From Flavobacteriales bacterium (lineage in GTDB: Bacteria; Bacteroidota; Bacteroidia; Flavobacteriales_G; JALEGO01): a DNA stretch of 64,000 nt. Numbering within the stretch: the first letter of the stretch is position 1; each line of letters begins with the position of its first letter. Location: the NCBI GenBank assembly GCA_020628935.1, contig JAHDEG010000006.1:142986-206985 (forward strand), read 5' to 3'. The translations under genes were made by a program, and so were the position numbers. Below the pieces are notes generated by a model. The model saw only the letters and a list, made by a program, of their open reading frames with translations. It did not search any database and was not told where the DNA came from. Shown here piece by piece: positions 38,400 to 48,999 of the stretch.

Positions 38400-38729
38400 T
38401 TACAGCAGAATAATTAACAATATTATTAGCAGTAAAGTACCACCGCCAATGTAAATACCAAAACCATCCATACTTTTTATTTCGTCTTTAATATCTCTTA
38501 ATTCTGATTTGATGACTTTTTTTTCTGTTTTAGAGACTGTATTACTTTCTAGTCTCGTATTAAACTCTTGCATCTTTTTGTCTAGTTCTGTTGCGCGATC
38601 AATGTTTTCTTGTGAAGCATTGTCAGGTATTTTTACATACTGGGTTTTTGGAATTCCGTTAGTAGCTGTGGCTGAAATAAACATTAATGATAAAAATGCG
38701 GAGGATAAAATAACTTTAATCTTTTTCAT
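38400..38729 (-). CDS. Small exported protein with C-terminal hydrophobic tail
   Basis: ATG at 38729 (MKKIKV) opens a signal peptide; charged helical core; ends GIYIGGGTLLLIILLIILL. Confidence 0.75.
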   Translation of the reverse strand: MKKIKVILSSAFLSLMFISATATNGIPKTQYVKIPDNASQENIDRATELDKKMQEFNTRLESNTVSKTEKKVIKSELRDIKDEIKSMDGFGIYIGGGTLLLIILLIILL

Positions 38730-38767
38730 AATAAATAATTTATGTTCTAACATCCAAAATACAGACC

Positions 38768-38807
38768 AAAAAAATAACTAACTCATTTAAAACGAGTTAG
38801 CTATTTT
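38768..38807 (-). terminator. Intrinsic terminator downstream of the M36 peptidase
   Basis: Minus strand reads aaaatagctaactc-loop-gagttagttattttttt; a second hairpin aactgtgta/tacacagtt lies at ~38818-38843. Confidence 0.55.
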
Positions 38808-38866
38808 ATATTGATGAAACTGTGTAGAAAGTCATACACAGTTAGTGAATGGGAAGGGTCAAAAAA

Positions 38867-41800
38867 TTATTTCTTAACCCACTTCTCAGTAATAACGGAA
38901 TCTTCTGTTTTAACCTGAATAAAATACGTACCAGGAGATAGCCCTGAAACGTCAAATGCAGATAAAGTATTATTTGAAGTGTTTGTTGTTGATTGCTCTA
39001 CTAAACGGCCATCGACCGATAAAATAGAAATGTCTAACATTTTATCAGTTTCTAAAAACTGAATATTTAAAACCTCATCTACTGGGTTTGGATACAAAAT
39101 AAATGGTAATTCTCTATTAATTTTTGGAGTTGAAACTACAGACTGTGGGTTACTTTCTATTAATGTTCCTCTTTCAGAAGGCATGGCACAAGCCGTTGTT
39201 CCATCTAAAGAGTAAGCACATGCGCCTGAATTGTAATTTCTAAGGTCAAGTAGCTCTATATCATCTACATACCAGCCTAGGCCTCCTGTTGCATCATTAG
39301 TTCCGAAACGGAAACGGAAATAAACATTTTGTCCTGTGTAGTCACTTAAATCGATATAAGACGCCAACCAACCATTACTGTTACCATAGTATGCACTTAC
39401 GTTAGGGGTTACAAACGTTCCGTAATCTAATTCTCCTACGTACGGATTTTTGAAAATTTTGTCTTTTAGGGATGTCCATTGTATAGCATCGGTAGATATA
39501 TCAACGGTTCCACCATCAAAACCGGCTTCTGTATTAAATAAGTGCCAAAACTTTAATGAGGCTTGTCCAGAAGGGATTGTGATAGGGTTTATTGTTTTTA
39601 TTGTTTGACGGCTTTCTTCTGCCACATCAGTTGAAAACCAAGAGTTAGGTGCACTAATTGATTGATCTATACTTTGCACCCACTCGTAAAAACCTCCTCC
39701 TGCATCAAATACTGGTTCCCATTTATTAAGAGATTGACCATCAACCTGATCTTGAAAAAATGAGGTTGACCAAATTGTAGGATCACTATTCATTTGATAG
39801 GTTATCGTTACCTCATCTAAAAAAGCCATATTTCCTAAACTGAACTCCAACTTATTTCCATTTTGAGTTGATGTAATGTTTGCAGAATTAGAAACATATG
39901 TTAATCCGTTAGGAATTGTATCTACAGCAATTACAGTATTTTTTGTTTCACCAGTAAAGTTTTTGATAACTAAAGTAACATCAACAACATCGCCAGCACT
40001 AATTATTTCGGTAACTGTTTTTTCAATTACTAATTCAGGATTACATAATGGATCTGTATCAAAAGCTTCAACTTGATCTGTTGCACTACTAGAAGATCCC
40101 TGAGAAGCACTTAAGCCCATTCCTCTTCTAGCAAATACTTCTTGTATTAAACACTTGTTTACTCCTCCGTTTAATTGAGCATCAGCGGCTATTATGGCAT
40201 CCCTACCATCTAACATACCCGGAGAACAAGGCTGAAGCTTCATTCCTTCCATAACAAGTTCAATTGCGAGGTTATTTCCTCCAGAACCATTATAAATATC
40301 TTCATCAAAACCATATTGATCTGTAAGAGCCCAAAACAAATCCCACAAAACATCTGCCCATATTTCTCCAACAGCATGCACTGCTGTATTTGAAGCTACA
40401 TCACCATAGGTTAACGGGCTAATTGACATATCTGTAGAGTAAGGATACCTTCTTATACCTACTCCACTAACACTCTGCCCGTCTGAATACGTACCAATAC
40501 CTCTAGCCATTGAGCCACTATCGGTTGATTTTGCTGTTAGGGCATACGCGAAAAAATCGCTCCAGCCTTCACCCATTTGCTCATCGTTTACCAAACACGT
40601 TGCAGCGCTTGGGCCACCAGTTAATCTATTTGAAATACCGTGAGCATATTCATGAGCAATTACTCCATTATCAAAATCGCTATCTAGTGTATCGGGTGCA
40701 CCAGCATCTTGAAAGCTAATTTCTAATCCATTCCCTGCAAACTGTCTTAGTGCATCACAATCAGTTTTACCCATAAAAACTGTTGGGATATTTACTTGAT
40801 TACCCGATGCTCCAGGCGCCATACCAATTAAGCCGTCTTCAAAATTACAAATAATGCAACCTACAGCTCCTGCTTGCTGCGCTTGAAGAGCTTTATAACC
40901 AAATTCACATCCTCCACGATCAATTAATGCTATTTTACCATTTAGTGAGTTTGATATGTTCTCACATCCATCAGTAAAAGAAGGGTTAGCTACTGCGTCT
41001 TGAATAATTTCAACCTCGGCAGTAACTGGCGTATTGGTGATTTCGGCTCCCCAAGGATCTGCTCCTGTTGCAGAGCCAGTTGATGCATAACTACCCACTA
41101 ATTGAGAGGGCTGGGTAACATTTACTAAACCACCATTGCTAATCCAAATATACATGTTCATAGTAGGGTCGCCTCCATCTGCTGGGGTAGACATGTTTGC
41201 ATTGTTCGTATTACCAATATTAGCCCCACTTTGAACTCTTGCAATTACAGGGTCTCCTCCTATTCCTCCTTGCCCATAGGTGTTTTGCTGAAAAGCACCA
41301 GAAGCTGAAGTAAAGCCATAACGAGCAGATACATCATGCATAATGTTGTTCATGTAAAAGAGATTCACTGTTGCAGCATCTAAATAATCTTGTGATGATG
41401 CAGAACCTGTATATGGGAAATCAAAATTTAAGCTAGATCCACCATTCGGCTCATCACCTAAACTAGTAGTATTATCTGCCCTTGAATTAAATGCGTGTAC
41501 ATTATTTCCTCTTGTTATAGTGTATTCTGGTCCTGGACTTCCATTAATGTCATGCCAACCAAAAGGAGAGAAAAGTTGATCTCCTGGTTCTGTAATTAAC
41601 TCATGTGGGCCATGGTTTGGACTTTCTGTAGGGATTGCATAAACTCTATACGAAGAACCATCTAATGGTGTTGGGGGGGGTGGAGCGGGAGCTTGAGGAG
41701 ATGGAACTGGACTTTCTTTTAAAACGCGGGATTTTTGTGGCCTTGAATATTGATTTGTGTCAAACTCACAGTTTAGTGTTAAGCTCTGCTTTTTTTCTAT

Positions 41801-42391
41801 TGCTCCTGTATCAGCGTTAATATAGTACAGCCAATAATTATCCCCTTGAGCAGGAACTACGTAAACCTTGTGCGTAAGAATTAATTTATTGCCATTTTTA
41901 GATGGTATATAAGTTAACTCTACTGTAGGACTATCAAAAAGCTCGGCTGTTTTTTCAAACACCGCTTTTTGCTTATCTGATTTCTTTTTTAATAGCTTCG
42001 GAAGATTATTTATTTGCAAATCAGCTAAACTATTTTCTAGCGCTTTTTTTTGAGATATGGTTGCTGAAGAAGAATTTACAAGGTTTTTTGCATCCTCTGT
42101 AAATCTGTTAGTTGAGTGAAAAACATTATTATCTATATTAAAATGAAGCCCAATGATTGCGTTTTCAATTTTTATACCATCAATAGTTTGTTGCAGATAA
42201 AAACGAGAAACCCCTTTACTGTCTTTATAGCTATCGCTGATAACAAAAGAAGAAACATCCTCTGAAGTTAACTCCCAAATGGTTTTTTGTGTTGATAAAT
42301 AATTTTCTATTGACCGTTGTTCAGCCTCTGTTTGAGAGAATAAAACAGTAGAAAATATTATAGATAAAAAAAATAGGTTGAGTTTTTTCAT
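38867..42391 (-). CDS. T9SS-secreted M36 (fungalysin) metallopeptidase with propeptide, PA, DUF11-like and beta-sandwich domains
   Basis: HEYAHGISNRLTGG, EQMGEGWSD, PA domain ALIDRGGC, CTD LYPNP...GTYFIQV. Confidence 0.93.
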   Translation of the reverse strand: MKKLNLFFLSIIFSTVLFSQTEAEQRSIENYLSTQKTIWELTSEDVSSFVISDSYKDSKGVSRFYLQQTIDGIKIENAIIGLHFNIDNNVFHSTNRFTEDAKNLVNSSSATISQKKALENSLADLQINNLPKLLKKKSDKQKAVFEKTAELFDSPTVELTYIPSKNGNKLILTHKVYVVPAQGDNYWLYYINADTGAIEKKQSLTLNCEFDTNQYSRPQKSRVLKESPVPSPQAPAPPPPTPLDGSSYRVYAIPTESPNHGPHELITEPGDQLFSPFGWHDINGSPGPEYTITRGNNVHAFNSRADNTTSLGDEPNGGSSLNFDFPYTGSASSQDYLDAATVNLFYMNNIMHDVSARYGFTSASGAFQQNTYGQGGIGGDPVIARVQSGANIGNTNNANMSTPADGGDPTMNMYIWISNGGLVNVTQPSQLVGSYASTGSATGADPWGAEITNTPVTAEVEIIQDAVANPSFTDGCENISNSLNGKIALIDRGGCEFGYKALQAQQAGAVGCIICNFEDGLIGMAPGASGNQVNIPTVFMGKTDCDALRQFAGNGLEISFQDAGAPDTLDSDFDNGVIAHEYAHGISNRLTGGPSAATCLVNDEQMGEGWSDFFAYALTAKSTDSGSMARGIGTYSDGQSVSGVGIRRYPYSTDMSISPLTYGDVASNTAVHAVGEIWADVLWDLFWALTDQYGFDEDIYNGSGGNNLAIELVMEGMKLQPCSPGMLDGRDAIIAADAQLNGGVNKCLIQEVFARRGMGLSASQGSSSSATDQVEAFDTDPLCNPELVIEKTVTEIISAGDVVDVTLVIKNFTGETKNTVIAVDTIPNGLTYVSNSANITSTQNGNKLEFSLGNMAFLDEVTITYQMNSDPTIWSTSFFQDQVDGQSLNKWEPVFDAGGGFYEWVQSIDQSISAPNSWFSTDVAEESRQTIKTINPITIPSGQASLKFWHLFNTEAGFDGGTVDISTDAIQWTSLKDKIFKNPYVGELDYGTFVTPNVSAYYGNSNGWLASYIDLSDYTGQNVYFRFRFGTNDATGGLGWYVDDIELLDLRNYNSGACAYSLDGTTACAMPSERGTLIESNPQSVVSTPKINRELPFILYPNPVDEVLNIQFLETDKMLDISILSVDGRLVEQSTTNTSNNTLSAFDVSGLSPGTYFIQVKTEDSVITEKWVKK

Positions 42392-42448
42392 ATAAATAAT
42401 TTAGTGAATTAAGTTAACTAATGAAAATCTCAATTGTTGATCATAAAG

Positions 42449-42499
42449 GTAAACGGTGATTAGAACTTACTAAACGGTAACAATTTTAGTTTTGACGGT
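42449..42499 (-). promoter_or_regulatory. LytTR-type direct-repeat operator upstream of the M36 peptidase
   Basis: Minus strand: ACCGTCAAA-12nt-ACCGTTTAG-12nt-ACCGTTTAC, a 21-bp period. Confidence 0.6.
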
Positions 42500-43454
42500 T
42501 CATCAATTTTGTGAAAAACTGTTTAAGTTCTGTTTTTTTATCTTCTTTTAAAGTTAATAGCTCTATTTTTTTGTTGGTTTTGTTGACTCTTGTTTCTATT
42601 TCTTGTTCAATTTGTTTATTAATTTGCAAGGATTCGAACAAAGCTTTTACTTTTTTTACTTTGCTTTTATGGGAGGATGTGTATAGAGAAGTAAAGTCAT
42701 TAGTATTTTTAGTTTGCTCTAGTGCTTTAAGGTATAAGATTGTTTTTTTAGAATTTAAAATGTCTCCACCTACTGTTTTACCAAATTTTTCAGGATTTCC
42801 AAAAACATCTAAATAATCATCTTGAATTTGAAAAGTTACGCCCATTTCTTCGCCTATCTCATATAAGATTCTTTGTTCATTTGCAGAACAACGAGCAGAT
42901 ATGGCACCAAATTGTAAGCTTGCACCAATAAGCACTGCTGTTTTTAAGCGAATCATTTCAAGGTATTCATGTACACTTATTTTTTCAATGGTTTCATAAT
43001 CCATATCATACTGTTGACCTTCGCACACCAACCTACTTGATTCATTAAATAAGTTTAATGATTGTAATAAAATATCTTCACTTACCTGAGACAGCTCTTC
43101 ATAAGCTTTAATTAATAAAGCATCACCTGATAAAATTGCTTGATTAAGATTCCATTTATGGTGTACCGTTTGTTGATTCCGTCTCAAATCGGCTTCATCC
43201 ATAATATCATCGTGTACTAGACTGAAATTATGAAAAAGTTCAACTGAATTAGATAAGTGTTTTGCATCCTTTAAAAATTCACCGTTGGTATAAAGCTCAT
43301 TTATGAGATGAACTAAAATGGGACGAATTTTTTTACTGGGAAGCGCTAAAAAATAATGAATAGGATCATATAACGTATTTGGTTTGTTAGGAAAAGAAAG
43401 TTCTTTTACATTATTAATCACCCTAGATAAAATATCTGATTTTACTTGACTCAT
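42486..43454 (-). CDS. Polyprenyl diphosphate synthase (IspA/GGPPS family)
   Basis: HDDIMD (FARM), GQQYD, KT, FQIQDDYLD (SARM). Confidence 0.93.
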   Translation of the reverse strand: MSQVKSDILSRVINNVKELSFPNKPNTLYDPIHYFLALPSKKIRPILVHLINELYTNGEFLKDAKHLSNSVELFHNFSLVHDDIMDEADLRRNQQTVHHKWNLNQAILSGDALLIKAYEELSQVSEDILLQSLNLFNESSRLVCEGQQYDMDYETIEKISVHEYLEMIRLKTAVLIGASLQFGAISARCSANEQRILYEIGEEMGVTFQIQDDYLDVFGNPEKFGKTVGGDILNSKKTILYLKALEQTKNTNDFTSLYTSSHKSKVKKVKALFESLQINKQIEQEIETRVNKTNKKIELLTLKEDKKTELKQFFTKLMNRQN

Positions 43455-44315
43455 TTAACTTATCAAATTCATTAAGTATGTTCCATAACCACTTTTTAAT
43501 AGTGGTTCTGCTAATTTTTTTAATTGTGTTTTATCAATAAAGCCCATTCTGTATGCGCACTCTTCAATACAACCAATTTTAAGTCCTTGTCTTTCTTCTA
43601 TTACCTCAACAAATTGTGAAGCTTGCATTAGAGACTTAAATGTGCCTGTGTCTAACCATGCGGTTCCTCTGTCGAGTATGGAAACTTGAAGTTTGCCTTG
43701 TTTCAAATATTCTTTATTAACATCGGTAATTTCGTATTCACCACGGGCGCTTGGCTTAATTTTTTTAGCTATTTCAACTACGCTATTATCATAAAAATAT
43801 AAGCCAGGTACTGCAAAGTTTGATTTTGGTTTATTGGGTTTTTCTTCTAACGAAATTGCAATATTATTTTCATCAAACTCTACTACTCCGTATCGCTCAG
43901 GATCTGAAACATGGTAAGCAAAAACAACTCCTCCTTCAGGGTTATTTAATGCTTGTAATTTTTTTGACATTCCTGAGCCATAAAAAATATTATCTCCTAA
44001 TATAAGAGCGACTTTATCGTTTCCTATAAACTCTTCTCCTATTACAAATGCTTGAGCTAAACCATTTGGTTTTTCTTGCACCGCATATGAAAATTTGCAC
44101 CCGAAATTAGATCCATCCTCCAATAGCTTTTCAAAACCTGGTAAATCTTGTGGTGTACTAATTATTAAAATTTCATTGATGCCACTAACCATAAGTATAG
44201 ATAATGGATAATATATCATTGGTTTATCATACACGGGCATTATTTGCTTACTAATAGCATATGTGATTGGGTATAAACGTGTGCCTGATCCTCCTGCTAA
44301 AATTATTCCTTTCAT
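43455..44315 (-). CDS. rfbA: Glucose-1-phosphate thymidylyltransferase
   Basis: [35 protein letters not shown]. Confidence 0.97.
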   Translation of the reverse strand: MKGIILAGGSGTRLYPITYAISKQIMPVYDKPMIYYPLSILMVSGINEILIISTPQDLPGFEKLLEDGSNFGCKFSYAVQEKPNGLAQAFVIGEEFIGNDKVALILGDNIFYGSGMSKKLQALNNPEGGVVFAYHVSDPERYGVVEFDENNIAISLEEKPNKPKSNFAVPGLYFYDNSVVEIAKKIKPSARGEYEITDVNKEYLKQGKLQVSILDRGTAWLDTGTFKSLMQASQFVEVIEERQGLKIGCIEECAYRMGFIDKTQLKKLAEPLLKSGYGTYLMNLIS

Positions 44316-46609
44316 GACTTTTTTGTTTCTTTATTTTTCGGGTAAAGTAATGCTGGTAAGAATATAAGATTTGCTAACATGGCTGTTAATAAACTAAATG
44401 ATAAAAGGATGCCTAAAGCTTTAGTTCCTTCAAAACCTGAGAAAACGAAAACTATAAATCCTAAAAACAAGACAATTGATGTAAAAAACATACTTGCCCC
44501 AACATCTTTAATTGTAGAAATTATATTAGCTTGTTTATTGGGCGAGTTTGTCATTGCTATTCTATACTTTGCTAGAAAATGAATGGTGTCATCTACAGCT
44601 ATACCAAACGCAATACTAAATACAAGTATGGTAGACGGCTTAATATTTATTCCAACCCAGCCCATAAAACCTAAGGTTAAAACAAGTGGTATTAAATTAG
44701 TGATTAATGCATTAAATATCATTTTAGCTGATTTAAACAGAAAAGCCATTAGTAAGCCTATTATACATATGGCTAATGTTATACTTTGAGCCAGGTTTTT
44801 AGTTAAAAACTCTGTTCCTCTTAAAAATACTATACTTGATCCTGTTAGTGATGTTTCATATTCATCGCCTTCAAATACGTGGTTTACAACTTCTTTAACC
44901 TTAATAGAAAGTTTGTCCATTTCTTCGGAAGGTAAGTCTTTCATTAAGTAGCTTATTCGAGTTACCTGTTTATTAGAATCGAGATAAGAAGACAATTGAT
45001 TACTATTTCCACTACCCCCTTTAAGTTGTAGATAAGGATATATGAAAAGACGTTCGTTTGATATTATAGGTTGGTAAAAGGTAGGGTCATTATTATAATA
45101 TCCTTGTTTAGCGTGTTTAATAATTTCACCAACAGATATTGGTTCAGAAATTTGTGGAATTGATGCTAAAGAATCTGATAAGGTTTGTATCTTTTTTAGA
45201 AAACGGTAATTGGTTGCTCTATTTTCTTTTTTTGTGTTTATATAGAGTTCTAGGGGGATAATCCCTCCAAAATTATTTTCGAACCAAGAAATGTCTGAAA
45301 ATATGCTGTGATTATTAGGTAGATCGTCAGTTAGGTTTCCACTCACTTTAATTCTTGTTATTCCGACTGCAGAAAACAAAATTAAAAAGCTTGCCACAAA
45401 ATAAATTTTTGGGCGGTTATTTTGTACCGAAAGTGATATCCAATTTAAAAAATTAGTTAGCCATATTTTCTGTTTTTTGTCTTGAAACTTCCTTTTAATC
45501 GGGTATACACTTAAAATGAAAGGAATAGTTATTATTGATATAATGAAAAGGAATAATACGTTTAAACCCGCTATTCGCCCAAATTCTTTTAGTCCGTCAC
45601 TATCGGTAATATAAAATGCAAAAAAACCTATTGAAGTTGTTAAGTTGGTTAATAAAGTGGCAAGGCCTACCTCTCTAATTGTTTTGTTTAAAGCATCAAC
45701 TTTATCTTTAGCAATTTCGTACTTTTTTATAAAGTAGTTTATTAAATATATACAGTTTGGAATACCAATCACTATAACTAATGTAGGAACAACACCAGTT
45801 AACACATTAATTTTTGAACCCAATAAAACAATAGATCCTAGGCACCATACTAAACCAATTATAACTACTATACAAGAAGCTAGTGCTGGGGCAGGAGAAC
45901 GAAATATTAAAAAAATCATTCCAAAACAGATAACGAAAGCCATTAAAATAAACTTAAAAAAGTCGTTTTTAATGAGTTCTCTCATTATCGTTTTTATATA
46001 TGGCAACCCAGAAATATGAATTTTAACACCCGTTTTAGTTTCAAATTCTTCAATATTTCTGAAAATTGGTTTCACAACCTCATCACGATGTTTTGAATTA
46101 AATACGTCATTTTTTAATTCAACCAACATCAAATTAGAACCATTAGAATTTATTATTCTGTCTTTATAAAAAGGTAAATTAGAAAGTAATTCGTTAGCTG
46201 CTTTTAATTCTTTGGCTGAGGTTAGGTTTTTGGCAAGATCTTTAATTATTAATTTTTTATCTGTGGTATCTTTCTGAAAGTAAAATAAACCATGCGCTAC
46301 TGAAACAACACTATCTACACCCCACAATTTATTAAAGTTATCTCCTAAACTTTTCCAGTGCTTGTATAATTCGCTGTCATTTAATGGATTTTTTTCAATA
46401 CCTATTATATACAGTTGCTTTTCTTTTCCAAAAACAGATTTAAAGTATTCGTAATCTTGATAAGCCTCGTTATTTTTAGATAAAAAATTTGGAACACCAT
46501 AATCTATTTCTAGTTTAGGTAATTGAAATAACATAAATACTGTTATAGCAATAACAATTGTAAATAATATTGCTTTCCAACGTAGGATAAAAGAAGCGAA
46601 CCATCTCAT
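44312..46609 (-). CDS. MMPL/RND-family transporter
   Basis: Two repeated TM/periplasmic halves; [15 protein letters not shown]. Confidence 0.88.
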   Translation of the reverse strand: MRWFASFILRWKAILFTIVIAITVFMLFQLPKLEIDYGVPNFLSKNNEAYQDYEYFKSVFGKEKQLYIIGIEKNPLNDSELYKHWKSLGDNFNKLWGVDSVVSVAHGLFYFQKDTTDKKLIIKDLAKNLTSAKELKAANELLSNLPFYKDRIINSNGSNLMLVELKNDVFNSKHRDEVVKPIFRNIEEFETKTGVKIHISGLPYIKTIMRELIKNDFFKFILMAFVICFGMIFLIFRSPAPALASCIVVIIGLVWCLGSIVLLGSKINVLTGVVPTLVIVIGIPNCIYLINYFIKKYEIAKDKVDALNKTIREVGLATLLTNLTTSIGFFAFYITDSDGLKEFGRIAGLNVLFLFIISIITIPFILSVYPIKRKFQDKKQKIWLTNFLNWISLSVQNNRPKIYFVASFLILFSAVGITRIKVSGNLTDDLPNNHSIFSDISWFENNFGGIIPLELYINTKKENRATNYRFLKKIQTLSDSLASIPQISEPISVGEIIKHAKQGYYNNDPTFYQPIISNERLFIYPYLQLKGGSGNSNQLSSYLDSNKQVTRISYLMKDLPSEEMDKLSIKVKEVVNHVFEGDEYETSLTGSSIVFLRGTEFLTKNLAQSITLAICIIGLLMAFLFKSAKMIFNALITNLIPLVLTLGFMGWVGINIKPSTILVFSIAFGIAVDDTIHFLAKYRIAMTNSPNKQANIISTIKDVGASMFFTSIVLFLGFIVFVFSGFEGTKALGILLSFSLLTAMLANLIFLPALLYPKNKETKKS

Positions 46610-46696
46610 ATTTATCTAAAATACAAATATTGTTGTCACTATCGCTTTTCATTACTATTAAGTATTGGCAAATTATTTCAAAACCAGTTAATTTGA

Positions 46697-46718
46697 TACT
46701 TTTGGCTTGATTATTGAA
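46697..46718 (+). promoter_or_regulatory. Overlapping -7 element (TACTTTTG) and sigma54-like -24/-12 motif (TGGCTTGATTATTGAA)
   Basis: GG at 46704-46705 and GA at 46716-46717, 12 bp apart; the -12 box is non-canonical (GA instead of GC). Confidence 0.3.
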
Positions 46719-46747
46719 TTTGTTTTAAAACAAAAAACCAGGGAACT

Positions 46748-47893
46748 ATGAAAATGATTTTTTACTATATAACTCTTTCTTTATTCGTTATTTCATGTGG
46801 TGCGAAAAAAAATTACACTAACGGTAATTATGACTTGGCCATTCAACAAATGGTTAAAAAACTACGAAAAAAACCAGATCATTTTAAAACACTGAATTTA
46901 CTTGAAGATGCTTTTAACATTGCTAAAGTAAGAGACTTAGATCGTATAAACATACTCAAACAGGAAGGAACTCCTGAAAATTGGGATCAAATTTTCAATA
47001 TTTATTCCAAAATTAAAACTCGGCAAAATTTAGTAAAAACATTAACAAACATACCTTCTGGTATTTCTTTTACAAACGTTAATGAAGACCTAGTACAGGC
47101 TAAAAAAAATGCTGCTGAATACAACTATCAAAAAGGTATACAATTATTAAACAATAATAATAGGTTTGATGCCAGGAAAGCCGCAGATGAATTTGAAGCT
47201 GTAAAACGCTATTTTAACACATATAAAGATGTTGATCAAAAAATAAATGAAGCTAATTCTAAAGGTATTTCATACGTTCTTTTTAATATGACAAATGAAA
47301 CAAACCTTATAATGCCAAAAGGTTTTGAAGATGAAATTTTAAAAGTTAGTTTAACTGATATTAATGAAAAATGGACAAGGTTTCACACCAATAAACAATC
47401 AAACATAAATTACGATTACCAAATAAATTTTAGAATGATGAATATTTTGGTTTCTCCAGAACAAATGAGAGAGAAAAAATATACAGACGTTGATACTATT
47501 GAGGATGGTTGGGATTATGTACTTGATAAAAATGGTAACGTTGAAAAAGATACTGCAGGAAACGATATTAAGGTAAAAAAATATGCAGAAATTAAATGTG
47601 ATATTATTGAAACCCAACAATTAAAAACTACTCAGGTAAATGGTAGTTTAGAATTTTATGATGCCAATAATCAGTTACTTAAAAACGCTCCTTTAGTCTC
47701 AGAAACCGTATTTGAACATTTTTCAGCAAAAGCAATTGGTAATTTAAACGCTTTAAAAAAAGAAAGCAAGAAAAAAATTAGAAATAGACCTGTGCCCTTC
47801 CCCTCTAACCCAGAAATGATTTTTAGAAGTAGTGAACAAATAAAAAATATGATTAAAGACATTGTTTATGCGCAACGAAATATGCTAATTTAA
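46748..47893 (+). CDS. Hypothetical lipoprotein
   Basis: Lipobox VISC; helical, TPR-like N-terminal half. Confidence 0.75.
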   Translation: MKMIFYYITLSLFVISCGAKKNYTNGNYDLAIQQMVKKLRKKPDHFKTLNLLEDAFNIAKVRDLDRINILKQEGTPENWDQIFNIYSKIKTRQNLVKTLTNIPSGISFTNVNEDLVQAKKNAAEYNYQKGIQLLNNNNRFDARKAADEFEAVKRYFNTYKDVDQKINEANSKGISYVLFNMTNETNLIMPKGFEDEILKVSLTDINEKWTRFHTNKQSNINYDYQINFRMMNILVSPEQMREKKYTDVDTIEDGWDYVLDKNGNVEKDTAGNDIKVKKYAEIKCDIIETQQLKTTQVNGSLEFYDANNQLLKNAPLVSETVFEHFSAKAIGNLNALKKESKKKIRNRPVPFPSNPEMIFRSSEQIKNMIKDIVYAQRNMLI

Positions 47894-48999
47894 AGCACAG
47901 AATATTTTTTCTTTAATCGTAAAAATGGCTTTTCTAGTAAATAATAACTAGTAGTTGCGAATATTGATGTTGTTGCCAAAACAATTAATATATTAACATA
48001 AACCGGTAAATTTATAATTGGCTTAAATGTCATTATTAACACAATGGGTACCATGTGTAACAGATAGATACCGTAGCTTATTTTCCCTAAAAAAATAAAA
48101 AATTTAGGAGGATGAATTCTCAATAAGGGGTTAATTTTTAATACTAAATCCAGTATAAAAAAAGTAAAAATAGAAGAAGAAATGATTAAGTGTGCTGCTT
48201 CAACTAATTTATTACCATCACTCAATTCATGCTTAAATAATATAAGTGATCCTCCTAAAAAATAAAACCCAGATTTTGGAAAAACTTTTATTTTTTTAAA
48301 AAAAGATATTAATCCATTCTTATGAAAATGGAATAAGTAGGCTCCAATTGCTCCAAAAGATATACATATAAATGCTGGTATAGTACTATAATAAGCTGTA
48401 ATTATATTAGAGTAACTTAAACCAGAAGAAAAAAAATAAAACAAAAAAAGTGCAATTGAGAATACAGCTAAAAAATATTTTTTTCTAAAAAGAACAATCA
48501 CTAATGGCCAAAATAAATAGAATTGTTCTTCAATACACACACTCCACTGTACCCCTAAAATAGGTATAGTTGGTATTGCATTTAGTATGTGATCAAAATT
48601 GGCAACAAAAAATAAATAATACCAAAAATTGGCGGTTTCTACATATGTCTTATTATATACAAACTCTACCAATACAGGATACAACTTGAAACCAATAAAC
48701 AAGCTTAAAAAATACAAAGGCCATATTCTTAATATCCTTCTCAGATAAAAATTATATAGGCTAATTTTATTATGCTGCTCATATTCAAGAAACAAGAGCT
48801 TAGTTATTAAAAAACCACTTAAGGCGAAAAAAAGATATACGCCTATCCAGCCACCGTTATTGTTTAGCGATAGTATTTTAAACAAGTGGGGATTATTAAC
48901 AGGCGAAATAAATCGTATACATATATGATAAAAAACTACTATTAATGCCGCTATAGCCCTCAAAGCATCTAAATTCTTATAATATACTTTACTTGACAA
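47890..48999 (-). CDS. Acyltransferase family 3 (OafA-like membrane O-acyltransferase)
   Basis: LDALRAIA...H, FFALSGFLI, RRILRIWP, WSVCIEEQFY, GKISYGIYLLH. Confidence 0.92.
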   Translation of the reverse strand: MSSKVYYKNLDALRAIAALIVVFYHICIRFISPVNNPHLFKILSLNNNGGWIGVYLFFALSGFLITKLLFLEYEQHNKISLYNFYLRRILRIWPLYFLSLFIGFKLYPVLVEFVYNKTYVETANFWYYLFFVANFDHILNAIPTIPILGVQWSVCIEEQFYLFWPLVIVLFRKKYFLAVFSIALFLFYFFSSGLSYSNIITAYYSTIPAFICISFGAIGAYLFHFHKNGLISFFKKIKVFPKSGFYFLGGSLILFKHELSDGNKLVEAAHLIISSSIFTFFILDLVLKINPLLRIHPPKFFIFLGKISYGIYLLHMVPIVLIMTFKPIINLPVYVNILIVLATTSIFATTSYYLLEKPFLRLKKKYSVL

